Shown: one piece after another, positions 50,640 to 60,490 of the stretch
Layout: every line of letters begins with the position of its first letter
Numbering within the stretch: position 1 is the first letter of the stretch
NCBI GenBank assembly: GCA_019894975.1
Contig: JAGXNO010000016.1
Coordinates: 1 to 64,000 of the forward strand
Direction: 5' to 3'
DNA length: 64,000 nucleotides
Origin: Promethearchaeota archaeon
GTDB lineage: Archaea > Asgardarchaeota > Lokiarchaeia > Sigyniarchaeales > SOKP01
Notes under the pieces: model-generated
Told to the model about the DNA's origin: nothing
Database searches by the model: none
Seen by the model: only the letters and a program-made list of their open reading frames with translations
Program-made: the position numbers and the translations under genes

Positions 50640-50765
50640 CTAGGAGATCGTTTTATTTCTAGATTCAAAAGCATGATTGTATAATTCAATAGTAATATTC
50701 CCAGAATAATTTATTTCTTTAAGCTTCTCAAAAATCGGTTTAAAATTGATGGTCCCCTCCCCAAT
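50640..50765 (-). pseudogene. 3' remnant of a sugar-phosphate isomerase/AP-endonuclease-2 TIM-barrel gene
   Basis: IGEGTINFKPIFEKLKEINYSGNITIE matches the G.G.I.F..I...L....Y.G....E end of that fold; no start codon. Confidence 0.65.
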
Positions 50766-50769
50766 GTTA

Positions 50770-51237
50770 CTAACAAAGTTTTTTCCCTAAGTTTATTGCC
50801 CATTCTTTAACTTTCTCTGGATCAGTATAATCTGCATCACCAAATCTCCCCGAATATCTCCCTCCAAAAGCTTCAGAAGCAATAGGTTTTAGATGTGGAA
50901 ATTTAGCCAATTTATTATTTATATATTTCGTTATTGCCTCCCCATAAGTTTCAGGGTCTCCTGCGGTACCAGAAGATAAAAATATTGCTATATTTTTATT
51001 TTTAAATTTATTTTTTAGAAATTTCTTGGCTTTTCCATACCACATCCCCATTCTAACTCCACTACCAATAATAATATTTTCATATTGAGTTAGATCAGGT
51101 TTAGGAGAAGTTTTTAGGTTAACTAAATCAACTTCAAACCCATAATTCTCTTGCAGTACATTTGAGATGATAGTAGCATTTTCTTCAGTTACACCTGATT
51201 TAGTAACATACGCTATTAATGTCTTATGATTACTCAT
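50770..51237 (-). CDS. Flavodoxin-domain protein (HemG-like)
   Basis: IAY.TKSG.T, IIGSGV..G.W, AFGGR. Confidence 0.88.
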   Translation of the reverse strand: MSNHKTLIAYVTKSGVTEENATIISNVLQENYGFEVDLVNLKTSPKPDLTQYENIIIGSGVRMGMWYGKAKKFLKNKFKNKNIAIFLSSGTAGDPETYGEAITKYINNKLAKFPHLKPIASEAFGGRYSGRFGDADYTDPEKVKEWAINLGKKLC

Positions 51238-51276
51238 TTTATACACCAATTAATTAAATAATTATTAAATATTAAT

Positions 51277-52134
51277 CTAACTAGAGACCGATTTTTGTTC
51301 ATATAGATTTAATTCTTCCAGTATATTATTGACTTTAGAAAAAACTCCGGTTATAAGACTTAATTCTCTTTTTGACATAATTGCTCTTTCAAATACGTTT
51401 CTAAAAGCTAATTTTACATTTTCTTTTTTATGAGTCCTTGTTTTTAACTTATTTATGATGTTTAGAATAAGACGTTGAAGTAGTTGACGGTCTTCTCTAT
51501 CTGCTAGTAAAACAGGATGAGTTCCTCTTCCAATATTTATTTTATATAATTTTTTAAATATTTCGTATAATATTACTCCGCATGCATGTGAAATATTTAA
51601 AGCAGGATAATCTAGACCTGTAGGGATTCTTAGTAAGATATCAGCAAGACTAATCTCATCATTAGTTAATCCTCTAGATTCCCTTCCAAATAAAATTGCT
51701 ATGTTTAAGGGTTGCACAGAATTTGGCAGTGATATGTCCATAGGGAATATTGCTAATCTCCTAATATTAGAATTCTTCTTACCTTTAGCTGTAGTCGCAA
51801 TGACTAAATCAAATTGCTTCAATAACTTTTCATATTCAGTCATATGATTTTTTTGATCTTCTACTTCTTTAAGGTCAGCACTCATAAGAATCTCTTTTCC
51901 GTGCATGGCAAATCCTTGAGATTCATGGCTAAAAATATTCTCTTTACTCTCAATAGGATTAAAGATTATAAGGTTTTTAAAATTAAAATTTTTCATGACT
52001 CGAGCAATTGAACCAACATTCCCTGAATGTTCTGGGCGTACCAATACTACAGTAAAAGATAAATTCCTATATTCTTCAGCAATTTGAATTTCTTGATACG
52101 AACTCAATTCTCTATTATGTTTTTTTTTGTTCAA
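51277..52134 (-). CDS. trmJ: TrmJ-family SPOUT tRNA methyltransferase
   Basis: VLVRPE..GNVGSIARVMKNF, FGRES.GLTN.E, YP.LN.SHA. Confidence 0.88.
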   Translation of the reverse strand: MNKKKHNRELSSYQEIQIAEEYRNLSFTVVLVRPEHSGNVGSIARVMKNFNFKNLIIFNPIESKENIFSHESQGFAMHGKEILMSADLKEVEDQKNHMTEYEKLLKQFDLVIATTAKGKKNSNIRRLAIFPMDISLPNSVQPLNIAILFGRESRGLTNDEISLADILLRIPTGLDYPALNISHACGVILYEIFKKLYKINIGRGTHPVLLADREDRQLLQRLILNIINKLKTRTHKKENVKLAFRNVFERAIMSKRELSLITGVFSKVNNILEELNLYEQKSVSS

Positions 52135-52263
52135 TTTAAATGCAACTCGATTTATTCTATAAATTTCAGTACAAGCAAATATAATCTATGATAAAAATAT
52201 TTTCAAAACTACATGCAAAAAAAAGATAAAAAGTTGTTAGGAAATTTTGTATGGATATAAAAA

Positions 52264-52923
52264 TTAGAGTAATTCGGAATAAGGTAACATACTAACGCCT
52301 CTATAATGTTCTTTAGGTGCAACCATTCGAAGAGGTCCAAAAAATTGTTTAGAAAAGTCATCAGCAGGGAGATAAGCTTGAGGAGGGGAATACGTCTTCC
52401 ATAAATCAATTACTTCATTTGGGCTTCCCCCTATTGGACGCCAGCTAGCTATAATAAGCGCAGATATTGGTGATTTATTTTTAATACCTTCTTCAAATCC
52501 TTGAATAAATTGAGGCATCATATTCGGATTTACCTCAAGAGTTGCCACCCCATAAACGTTTACAGGTGTTTTTTTACTTGCTTCAATTGCATTATGTAAG
52601 GTTTCTGGTGGAATCGGCCCCAATGGTTCTAATAAACGGGATCGTCGTTCTGGGGCAATTTCTTCCAATTGTGCCGCATATTCTCCCCATCCTACGTCTT
52701 TACTGGCACCTATTCGGAATTTTTTCAAAGCATCCATATCATTGAATTCCATAATTTGAGTCACCTGACTGAACCATTCAACTGTAGAAGTCCAGGCAGC
52801 TACTACTCTTGTTCCTAAGCGTTCACATACAGGAACTAATTTTTCCTGTGCTAAACCAACGAATTTATCAAGATTTTCGGGATGGGCTGGTAAAAGATTA
52901 AGAGTTTCTTCTAAATATATCAT
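52264..52923 (-). CDS. NIPSNAP-like protein (paralogue 1)
   Basis: IYLEE.., G.R.V.AW, terminal L PYS.L. Confidence 0.75.
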   Translation of the reverse strand: MIYLEETLNLLPAHPENLDKFVGLAQEKLVPVCERLGTRVVAAWTSTVEWFSQVTQIMEFNDMDALKKFRIGASKDVGWGEYAAQLEEIAPERRSRLLEPLGPIPPETLHNAIEASKKTPVNVYGVATLEVNPNMMPQFIQGFEEGIKNKSPISALIIASWRPIGGSPNEVIDLWKTYSPPQAYLPADDFSKQFFGPLRMVAPKEHYRGVSMLPYSELL

Positions 52924-53093
52924 TATAATATTCTTCCCTCAGTTTGATTTTTTATATTCGCATGTTAAATGTAGTTGTTGATAATACTTACTTCTACGAA
53001 GAATATGATAAAAATATTTTCATTAAATCTAACCAGACACAAAATAAAAAATAAAAAGGGGAATAATTATAGATTTAGCATACTTTCAAAATA

Positions 53094-53747
53094 CTATTTT
53101 AACGGTGAATAGGGCAACGTGTATAGTGGTACTATACGTTCTTTTGGAGCCATTGCACGTAGATCTCGAACCCACTGTTGTTCTTTAGTAAAAGGATGAT
53201 AACCCATAGCCTCAGTGCTGAATAAAACATCTCCCTTCCACAAATCAATAATTTGATTTGGACTCCCAGCAATTGGGCGCCAACTAGCGATAATCGGCAT
53301 TACTTTATGTCCTGCTGATATAAAACCAATCATATCCTTCATTTTACCAAGGTTTGCTTCGAGAATCGCCATACTGTATACTTTAAGTGGTGTTTTCTGA
53401 CTATCTTCTATTGCTTTATGCAGTACTTCTGGCGGGACAGCACCTATTGGTTCTAGTAATCGAGTACGACGTTCTGGAGCAAAAACCTCTAGTTGAGATA
53501 GGTATTTTCCCCATTCTTTATCCTGACTTGAATTAATACGAAAATTTTTCAACGCTTCTATATCATCAAACTCAAAAATCTGAGTTGTTTGCATAACCCA
53601 TTCATAATGTCCGTTCCAAGCACAAACGAGACGTGCTCCCAACCGTTCACAAGCAGGAACCAACAATTCTTGAGCGACTTTAATATATCCATCCCGAATA
53701 TCTTGACTAGCAGGAGTAATATTAAGAGTCTCTTCTAAATAAATCAT
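53094..53747 (-). CDS. NIPSNAP-like protein (paralogue 2)
   Basis: Clear tandem paralogue of 52264-52923 (MIYLEETLN, APERR.RLLEP.G, IIASWRPI.GSPN). Confidence 0.75.
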   Translation of the reverse strand: MIYLEETLNITPASQDIRDGYIKVAQELLVPACERLGARLVCAWNGHYEWVMQTTQIFEFDDIEALKNFRINSSQDKEWGKYLSQLEVFAPERRTRLLEPIGAVPPEVLHKAIEDSQKTPLKVYSMAILEANLGKMKDMIGFISAGHKVMPIIASWRPIAGSPNQIIDLWKGDVLFSTEAMGYHPFTKEQQWVRDLRAMAPKERIVPLYTLPYSPLK

Positions 53748-53901
53748 ATTTGATATTTACATCTATTTTTATTATTCTAATTTAATTTCCAAACTATTTA
53801 AAATTTTATCTGAATAGGATTTTAAATAGCTCTTATGTAATTGAAAGATATAAATAGGTTCACTCTCATTAAGTGGTTAAATTAAATTGGATTGAAATTG
53901 A

Positions 53902-54498
53902 TTGATGCCCGTTTACAGAAATATTGGGGAATTTCTTGAATTTATCAATATTAGTAAAGAAGAATCCACATTATTTGAGTGGAAACCTGAAAAATCTTAT
54001 AGAAGGTTTGATTTAGACCTAAATATTGTTAAGGAAAACCCCGTAAGTGATATCTTTTTCCATAGAGACAAGGGGAATATGAAATTAGCTTATATTCGAA
54101 ATAACGGGTTCATCTATACTGTAGGCGCCAATATTACTGTACAATTCCAGCTTTTAGAGGCACTCCTTGAGCACGTAAGTTTTAAATTTCATGAAATGTA
54201 TGACGTAAACGTTATCATGTCTTATGGGGATTTTAATCCTGCCATGTTTCAGGGATTTAAAGAAATTATTGAAGATATAATAAAAAATTTTGCTGATTTA
54301 GGTCTAGTTGAGAGAATTCAAGTAGAATGCCGAGTTTGTAATAAAGTCCTTCCCTTGTTTGTTAAAAAGAGCATGATTGAAAATGCTGACTCCTATCCGG
54401 TACCGATCGTGTATGTTCATGAAGGACATGCTATATTGTGTTTTATAGATCAAAATTTTCACCATCGTGGTGTAGAACTCGTGAATATTACGGGATAA
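53902..54498 (+). CDS. Longin-like protein with C-terminal Zn-binding motif
   Basis: Beta-beta-helix-beta-beta-beta-helix pattern ending F..F...I; C-terminal CRVC...H..H. Confidence 0.5.
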   Translation: MMPVYRNIGEFLEFINISKEESTLFEWKPEKSYRRFDLDLNIVKENPVSDIFFHRDKGNMKLAYIRNNGFIYTVGANITVQFQLLEALLEHVSFKFHEMYDVNVIMSYGDFNPAMFQGFKEIIEDIIKNFADLGLVERIQVECRVCNKVLPLFVKKSMIENADSYPVPIVYVHEGHAILCFIDQNFHHRGVELVNITG

Positions 54499-54584
54499 AC
54501 AGTAATATCAAAAAACGGGTTAGACAAAATTTGATCTAAAGATGATTTCAATATTAATAAGAAGGAGAATAAACTATCCCTTAT

Positions 54585-55238
54585 GTGTTAACCTATGATG
54601 TTTGTATAATTGCTTGTGAAGGAGTAAGTAAAGAAAACCTCGTTGGCAATTTTGTAAACCAAATATTAAAAGAAGAATACAAGATAACTTTAGGTATTGA
54701 TCTTCCCATAAAAACTCTACAACAAAAAGTGAGACTGCAATTTTGGTTATTTCCCTATAATCGACTTGCCAAAGTAGAAAACTGGGAGGAATTTGTGTCA
54801 AAAAAGATTAAAGGATCAAAGGGAATAATTCTTATTTATGATATTACTAATGTTGAGACCTTAAGTTGGGTGTCTGATAAGATCCAGGTAATTAAAGAGA
54901 ATTTGGATCACGTTCCTTCAATTTTAATACTCGGTACTAACTTAGATTTAGGAGATAATCGAGAAATATCAGAAGAACAAATAGATCACTTTAAACAAGA
55001 TCATAATATTGCCTTTTTGATGGAGATATCTTTGAAAACGGGAGAGAATATAGAAAAGTCCTTTATGAAATTGATAGAGATGATGCTAGGTAATACTAGA
55101 ACGGATTACAAAATAGATATTAAAATGCTGGTTTTTCTGAGGGAAAATAAACGTCTTGCTATTTTCTTATTTTTTGCGATAATTTCAGTAACGTTTCTAT
55201 TAAGTTGGCTTATGTATTATTTAATCTATGGGATCTAG
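54585..55238 (+). CDS. Degenerate Rab-like GTPase with C-terminal transmembrane helix
   Basis: TLGID, GIILIYDITN, LG.N.DL, EISLKTGENIE; G1/G3/G4 altered; hydrophobic tail. Confidence 0.75.
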   Translation: MLTYDVCIIACEGVSKENLVGNFVNQILKEEYKITLGIDLPIKTLQQKVRLQFWLFPYNRLAKVENWEEFVSKKIKGSKGIILIYDITNVETLSWVSDKIQVIKENLDHVPSILILGTNLDLGDNREISEEQIDHFKQDHNIAFLMEISLKTGENIEKSFMKLIEMMLGNTRTDYKIDIKMLVFLRENKRLAIFLFFAIISVTFLLSWLMYYLIYGI

Positions 55239-55303
55239 TAATTATTTTTTAAAGGAAATAACTCAGAGAAACAGTTATAAAACTTTTAACCTTTTTTATT
55301 ACT

Positions 55304-56350
55304 ATGGAAGAAGATCAGAATTCCGATGAAAAACCGTTCTTTGAAGATATTGTCAAAAAAACTAAAACAGGAATAACTTTTCCAAAGGATCTAAGAGATC
55401 TTTTATTTGAAGATGACTCAGAAACGTTTTTTAAGTTAATTGTACCTCAAGAAAAAGATAAGATTATATTAGAAATTATTAATGAAGAACAAGCAAAAGA
55501 AATTTCTGAAAAAATTAAAACTCATAAACCAAAACCCATTAAAGCTGAAGGTGAAAAAAAGGTTGTTAAAGCTCGCAAACCTGCTCAATTAAGTCCTGCA
55601 TGGGGGGAATATTTTGTTTATGAATTTGATTCTAGGGACAAAATTCAACCAATTTTAGAGTCAGCTTTTTATAAGTTCGCTGAAACTCCTCTTAATTTAG
55701 AAGATGCGATGGGGAGAGTTAAGTATGCATTGGTATCATTTCTTTCTTCAACCAAAACAGAAAATGCTAAGTTGTATTATTCTGTTGAGAAATTTCTAAT
55801 TGATATAGTAGAGAAATTTGATCAACCAAATTTACTTGATTGGATTTTCGAAAAGATTATACCCAATATTGAGAGTAAATTCCTCTATGAGCAAGGGTTA
55901 CTTGAATTAGTTGAAACAAGTTTACAATTTAGAAGATGGGAAAAATCTGAATTGTACATTTTCTATGTATTAAAAAATATTGACGCTTATGCAAAAACGG
56001 AAATGTATAATGTTATGAATAGCTTTAAGCAACTAGTTAATAAAATAAAACACCTCGAGCGAACTGATAAAATAGATATTTTACTTAAAGAAAAGCTCAT
56101 GGAATATGGTAATGAGCTACTTGAGGATGTTTCTTACAAGATTCAGATTATCGAGTTCCTTGAGGACCTTAAATATATAGAACTAGCTTATGATCTAGCA
56201 AAGAAAATACAAGTGAGTTTACCTCCTGATAGTGTCAGGATGGAAGATGTGAGAAAATTAGTAAGAAGATTACATCACACTCCAGTATCTGAGAATAAGC
56301 CTCAATCAAGTCTGGATTATGATCTAGATGAAGATAGTAAAGAAGAATAA
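55304..56350 (+). CDS. Hypothetical protein: AbrB-like N-terminus + helical repeats
   Basis: GITFPKDLR.LL resembles AbrB; the rest is predicted all-alpha. Confidence 0.55.
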   Translation: MEEDQNSDEKPFFEDIVKKTKTGITFPKDLRDLLFEDDSETFFKLIVPQEKDKIILEIINEEQAKEISEKIKTHKPKPIKAEGEKKVVKARKPAQLSPAWGEYFVYEFDSRDKIQPILESAFYKFAETPLNLEDAMGRVKYALVSFLSSTKTENAKLYYSVEKFLIDIVEKFDQPNLLDWIFEKIIPNIESKFLYEQGLLELVETSLQFRRWEKSELYIFYVLKNIDAYAKTEMYNVMNSFKQLVNKIKHLERTDKIDILLKEKLMEYGNELLEDVSYKIQIIEFLEDLKYIELAYDLAKKIQVSLPPDSVRMEDVRKLVRRLHHTPVSENKPQSSLDYDLDEDSKEE

Positions 56351-56353
56351 TAT

Positions 56354-57643
56354 TTAGGGTTCATCTTCATTCTCTTCAAGTTGTCGTTGAATTTCTTCGT
56401 CTACTCGTTTCATTTCCTCATCTTTAATTTTTTGTTCTTTCTTCTCAAGAGATTTTTGTTTTAACTCTAATTCAACCTTAGATAGCTCTTTTTCTTTTTC
56501 AATTAATTCTTCTTTTATTTTTAACACTTTCTCTCTTTCCAAGATCTCCTTTTCTTCTAATTTTTTCTCTTTTTCCTCAATTTCAAGTTTTTTCTTTTTG
56601 ATTTCTATATCTTTCTTTTTTAACTCAAGTTCTTTATCAATGATATCTGACTCTTCTTTCTTCAATTTTTTCGGAATTTTAACCTTCGGAGCTTTTTCTT
56701 TTACTTCAGATTCTTCGCTGATTGCTGTTTCTTTTATCAAAATTTCTTCTTTTAACTTTAAAACTTCTTGTTTAGTTTGTATTACTTTTTCTTCCATTTC
56801 TTTTTCTTTTTCCTCTAACTCTAATTTTTTCTTCTTTATTTCTAGCTCTTTCTTTTTCAACTTATATTCTTTATCTAATATTTCAATTTCTTCCTTCTCT
56901 AGATTTGTGGAGGTTATATCTTCTGAAACAATATCTGCAGAAGGTTTTTCCAATTTACTCTTTTCTTCTTCTACAATTTCTTCTATTTTTTCGACAGTGA
57001 TGATTGATTTCATTATGGTATCTATAGAGCCTTTTAATTTATCGTTTTCAGAAAAATCTGCAAATTCCTTCACATAATCAGTTAAAATTTTTGTTACCAC
57101 TGATGGTGATCTTGTTCCTATAGTAGTAAGAGCTTGTATGGCTTTTTCAACAACAAAATCCTTCTCGTCACTTAGTTTTGTGATAATAGTTTTAATCAAT
57201 GATGGATCATCTATAGTTGCATTACCACCTGCCATATAAATGATTAATTGTAAATCTGCTTCTCGAACATTTGGATCAACAGATTTTAACAAATCTTCGC
57301 TGTAAGGAAGGAATAAATCACATTCATTCTCACAGATTGTTTTAAGTAATAAGAGGAAGGTATATCTCAGCACAGAATCCTTTTTAGAAAGATTTTCTAA
57401 TAGGGAGGGAATATCTATAATTAAATTTTCAAGTAGGAACCTTAGAACGGTTCTACCTCCATGAAGAGATAGAAGAGTTTCAATAATATTTTCTAACCTA
57501 TCGATATAATCGTCTTCGGTAGAATCATTGAGATATAGGGCAATTATGTTTACGGCATCATCAATTCTCCCATCTTTTACAAAATCTTTAATTGTTTTGA
57601 TTTCAGCAATTTCTGTTTCATTTTCAACCATAATAACCACCAA
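56354..57643 (-). CDS. HEAT-repeat protein with long K/E-rich coiled coil
   Basis: DPNVREA, DEKDFVVEKA HEAT motifs; internally duplicated KKKxxEIKKKKLE coil. Confidence 0.8.
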   Translation of the reverse strand: MVVIMVENETEIAEIKTIKDFVKDGRIDDAVNIIALYLNDSTEDDYIDRLENIIETLLSLHGGRTVLRFLLENLIIDIPSLLENLSKKDSVLRYTFLLLLKTICENECDLFLPYSEDLLKSVDPNVREADLQLIIYMAGGNATIDDPSLIKTIITKLSDEKDFVVEKAIQALTTIGTRSPSVVTKILTDYVKEFADFSENDKLKGSIDTIMKSIITVEKIEEIVEEEKSKLEKPSADIVSEDITSTNLEKEEIEILDKEYKLKKKELEIKKKKLELEEKEKEMEEKVIQTKQEVLKLKEEILIKETAISEESEVKEKAPKVKIPKKLKKEESDIIDKELELKKKDIEIKKKKLEIEEKEKKLEEKEILEREKVLKIKEELIEKEKELSKVELELKQKSLEKKEQKIKDEEMKRVDEEIQRQLEENEDEP

Positions 57644-57653
57644 TTTTATTTTC

Positions 57654-58610
57654 TTAATCCACCCATAATATATAATAATCGTGATAAATACGATTTATAA
57701 AATTTAATATTAATCTTAAATCTCTAAATCTTAGAGGTACAGGATTTTCTTCTTCATCATAGTTTTTCGTTTCATTACTCAGAACTAAACTTATCTCAAG
57801 ATTTTGACTTTTATCCATTTGTAAATGAATTTCATCACAATATTGAGTTAAAGAATTAAGATCCTCCCAAAATGTATTCCAAAAATAATGATCAACTTTA
57901 GAATCGTTCTCTATTGGATGCTCAGGTGATACTTCATTTAAAACATCATAGGGAACTTTTACAGTAATTTCAACATGTTCAGATTGCCGTTGTTTTAATT
58001 TGACTTCTGGAAAATAAATTCCTGAATAAAGTTTACAAACTCCTTGCAACAACTCAAGATCCGGAATATTTTCTCTATTAGCATTACATAAGACATACAG
58101 TTCGTCGAGAAAAATTACGTGAATCCTATCTTCAAATTTAAATAATAAATATTTTTCCGTTAAAAGATAATCAAATTTCTCATTTCTGTTGTTTATTCGA
58201 TCATCGAAAATTTTAAAAGTATCATCCCAATTTTTAAAAGATATAAATTTATTTAATTTTCGGTAATCTCCATGGAAAAATACATCCAGAAAATCAATTA
58301 AATATAAAAAAGCGTCATACGGTCTATATACTACAGTTTTATTTCTGAAAAATCTTTCAACAACTCCTTTATGAACACTATAACAAAATTTGGGCAAATC
58401 CTCATATTTGAGATGATTTTTAATTCGTAGTTTAAGTAAAAATCTCCGGCTACATAGCGGAGTCAAAGTGCATTGTATTCTATCTCGTTCACATTCATCA
58501 AAACATAAATTATCTATTCTTTTCCTTAATAGTTCTAATAATTCGGATTTAAATTTTGTCTCTGATTCGTTATCCAAAAATTTGATAATATCTTCAGGAG
58601 TTAATGGCAT
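57654..58610 (-). CDS. Hypothetical protein with N-terminal Cys cluster
   Basis: C-x3-C-x6-C-x5-C...C; 318 aa. Confidence 0.7.
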   Translation of the reverse strand: MPLTPEDIIKFLDNESETKFKSELLELLRKRIDNLCFDECERDRIQCTLTPLCSRRFLLKLRIKNHLKYEDLPKFCYSVHKGVVERFFRNKTVVYRPYDAFLYLIDFLDVFFHGDYRKLNKFISFKNWDDTFKIFDDRINNRNEKFDYLLTEKYLLFKFEDRIHVIFLDELYVLCNANRENIPDLELLQGVCKLYSGIYFPEVKLKQRQSEHVEITVKVPYDVLNEVSPEHPIENDSKVDHYFWNTFWEDLNSLTQYCDEIHLQMDKSQNLEISLVLSNETKNYDEEENPVPLRFRDLRLILNFINRIYHDYYILWVD

Positions 58611-58774
58611 CTTAGGAATTTTAAAATTATACTTATTCTATTAGGTAAAAATTATTGAGATCTAATATTTTTTATCATTTTTGCCTAAACTATTTGTAAT
58701 GGAATTATAAAGAATTATTAATTAGTATTTCTTTTTTCTTAATATCGAAATTATTAGATTATGTAAAAATAGCT

Positions 58775-60346
58775 ATGTTACGCCAGCTTCATATTTTTAA
58801 CGAAAAAGAACATGTTTTTGTGAAGGATTATGCAATAGCTTTTGGAAATGAAGAATTACAAAATGTTCTTGAAACAATCAATAAATATATGGAAATGCCT
58901 ATTCCTGGAAAAACACTTAACAGAAAAATTTCTAATTTTCAAATTTTTCATAAAGGGATTGGGGGGCTCTATTTCCTTTTAGTAACTGATCTTATTGATT
59001 CCCTTCAGTACATTGAAAAAATAATGGATGGAATTATTAAAAAATTCCAGAACTTATTTCCAGATCCAATAAAATTTAAAGATTCAGAAGAACTACTTGA
59101 GGAATTTTCAGATTTCTTAAACAAAGTTCAGAGAGACATGCACTCGAAAATATCAATTATAGGCCCAACAAATGTAGGGAAGACTACTCTGTATGATTTA
59201 CTGAGAAATGATGAAGAAAAAACAATGATGGATTTTGCAAAAATATCCACATTAAACATTGATGGTATAAATTTTGAAATTTGGGATTTCCAATTACGGG
59301 ACAGCTTTTCCCTATTATGGTCTAAATTTGTAAGCGGTTCTGATTTAGTTATTTTGGTTTTTAATTTAGGAAATTACCATTTGAAAATCCTGAATCATTT
59401 TTTAAATATTCAAAAATTAGAGTGTAAAAATTCTAAGGTTTTAACAATTGGGAACAAAAGAGATTTAGTAAAAGATGAGGATCTTAAACGAATTAGGAAT
59501 GATTTGAATAATACTGATTTTACGGAAATTTCATTAAATTCTCCTGATGCTAAATCAGAAATTCAGACATTTATAAAACAAAGGTTAGGTCTAAAAGAGG
59601 AATTACCTGAAAATTTCGAAGAATTGATAAAGGAAGCAGATCTTCTGGTCAATATGGGGAATAAAATCCAAGCATTAGCAAAATACAGAGAACTTGTTCA
59701 AATTTCAACGTCTTACCAAGATTTTGAACATATAAAACTATTTCAAGAAAAGGTTCAAGAATTAAATGATAAATTAAGAGAGCAGAAAGAACTAAGAAAA
59801 GAATTCACCAAAGAGATGAAATTTGAAATTCCTAAAGAACTAAAATTTAAAAAGAAGATAAAAGTTCAACCCCTTCCTACATCAGAATCCCCAAATGGGC
59901 TCATCACTCAAGAAAAGACTGAAGAAGAATCTGTACCTCCAACTGAAGAAAAACCTAGCAAATTGGTTTCATTTCAAAAACTAGAGACTAAACCAGGAGG
60001 TTTAAAACTTATAAAACCCTCAGAATTACCCTCTAGGCAGGCTAAACCCGCTAAACCTGTTTTTTTTGATAAACCCATTGATAAGGAATCCGAAAAATCT
60101 GGACTGAAGATGCCTATGGAGTTATTTCCCCCTCATGAAGACATAGCTAAAGATGTTAAAAAACCAAAAATCTCTGATTTTGCTAAAGATGTGCAAAAAA
60201 TAATCTCTGAAAAAGGAAGTAATCTTAGCTTGAAATTATGTGAACTACTTGTTACTGATTTAGAACAATCTTTAGGAAGACCCTTAACTGCTCACGACGT
60301 TAAATTAGCGGCTGACTTTTTTGTAAAACAAGAGCAATCTGCCTGA
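58775..60346 (+). CDS. Longin domain + small GTPase + helical bundle + Pro-rich linker protein
   Basis: Longin-like N-terminus; GPTNVGKTT, IWD, GNKRD; MIT/TPR-like helices. Confidence 0.8.
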   Translation: MLRQLHIFNEKEHVFVKDYAIAFGNEELQNVLETINKYMEMPIPGKTLNRKISNFQIFHKGIGGLYFLLVTDLIDSLQYIEKIMDGIIKKFQNLFPDPIKFKDSEELLEEFSDFLNKVQRDMHSKISIIGPTNVGKTTLYDLLRNDEEKTMMDFAKISTLNIDGINFEIWDFQLRDSFSLLWSKFVSGSDLVILVFNLGNYHLKILNHFLNIQKLECKNSKVLTIGNKRDLVKDEDLKRIRNDLNNTDFTEISLNSPDAKSEIQTFIKQRLGLKEELPENFEELIKEADLLVNMGNKIQALAKYRELVQISTSYQDFEHIKLFQEKVQELNDKLREQKELRKEFTKEMKFEIPKELKFKKKIKVQPLPTSESPNGLITQEKTEEESVPPTEEKPSKLVSFQKLETKPGGLKLIKPSELPSRQAKPAKPVFFDKPIDKESEKSGLKMPMELFPPHEDIAKDVKKPKISDFAKDVQKIISEKGSNLSLKLCELLVTDLEQSLGRPLTAHDVKLAADFFVKQEQSA

Positions 60347-60490
60347 GCTACTCAAAATTTAGTTCAACTATAGTTCATATCTTACTTCTTTTAAAAGAAT
60401 TAAGCATTCTCTAAATTATTAGTAAAATTTTATTGAAAAAGTAAAACTAAATTCTTTAGTCTTACTTAAAATAACCTAAAGGTTTTATAA

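Noticed and set aside
56354-57000. Low-complexity T/C-rich DNA as a repeat element
   Set aside because: Explained by Lys/Glu codons of the coiled-coil protein on the minus strand.
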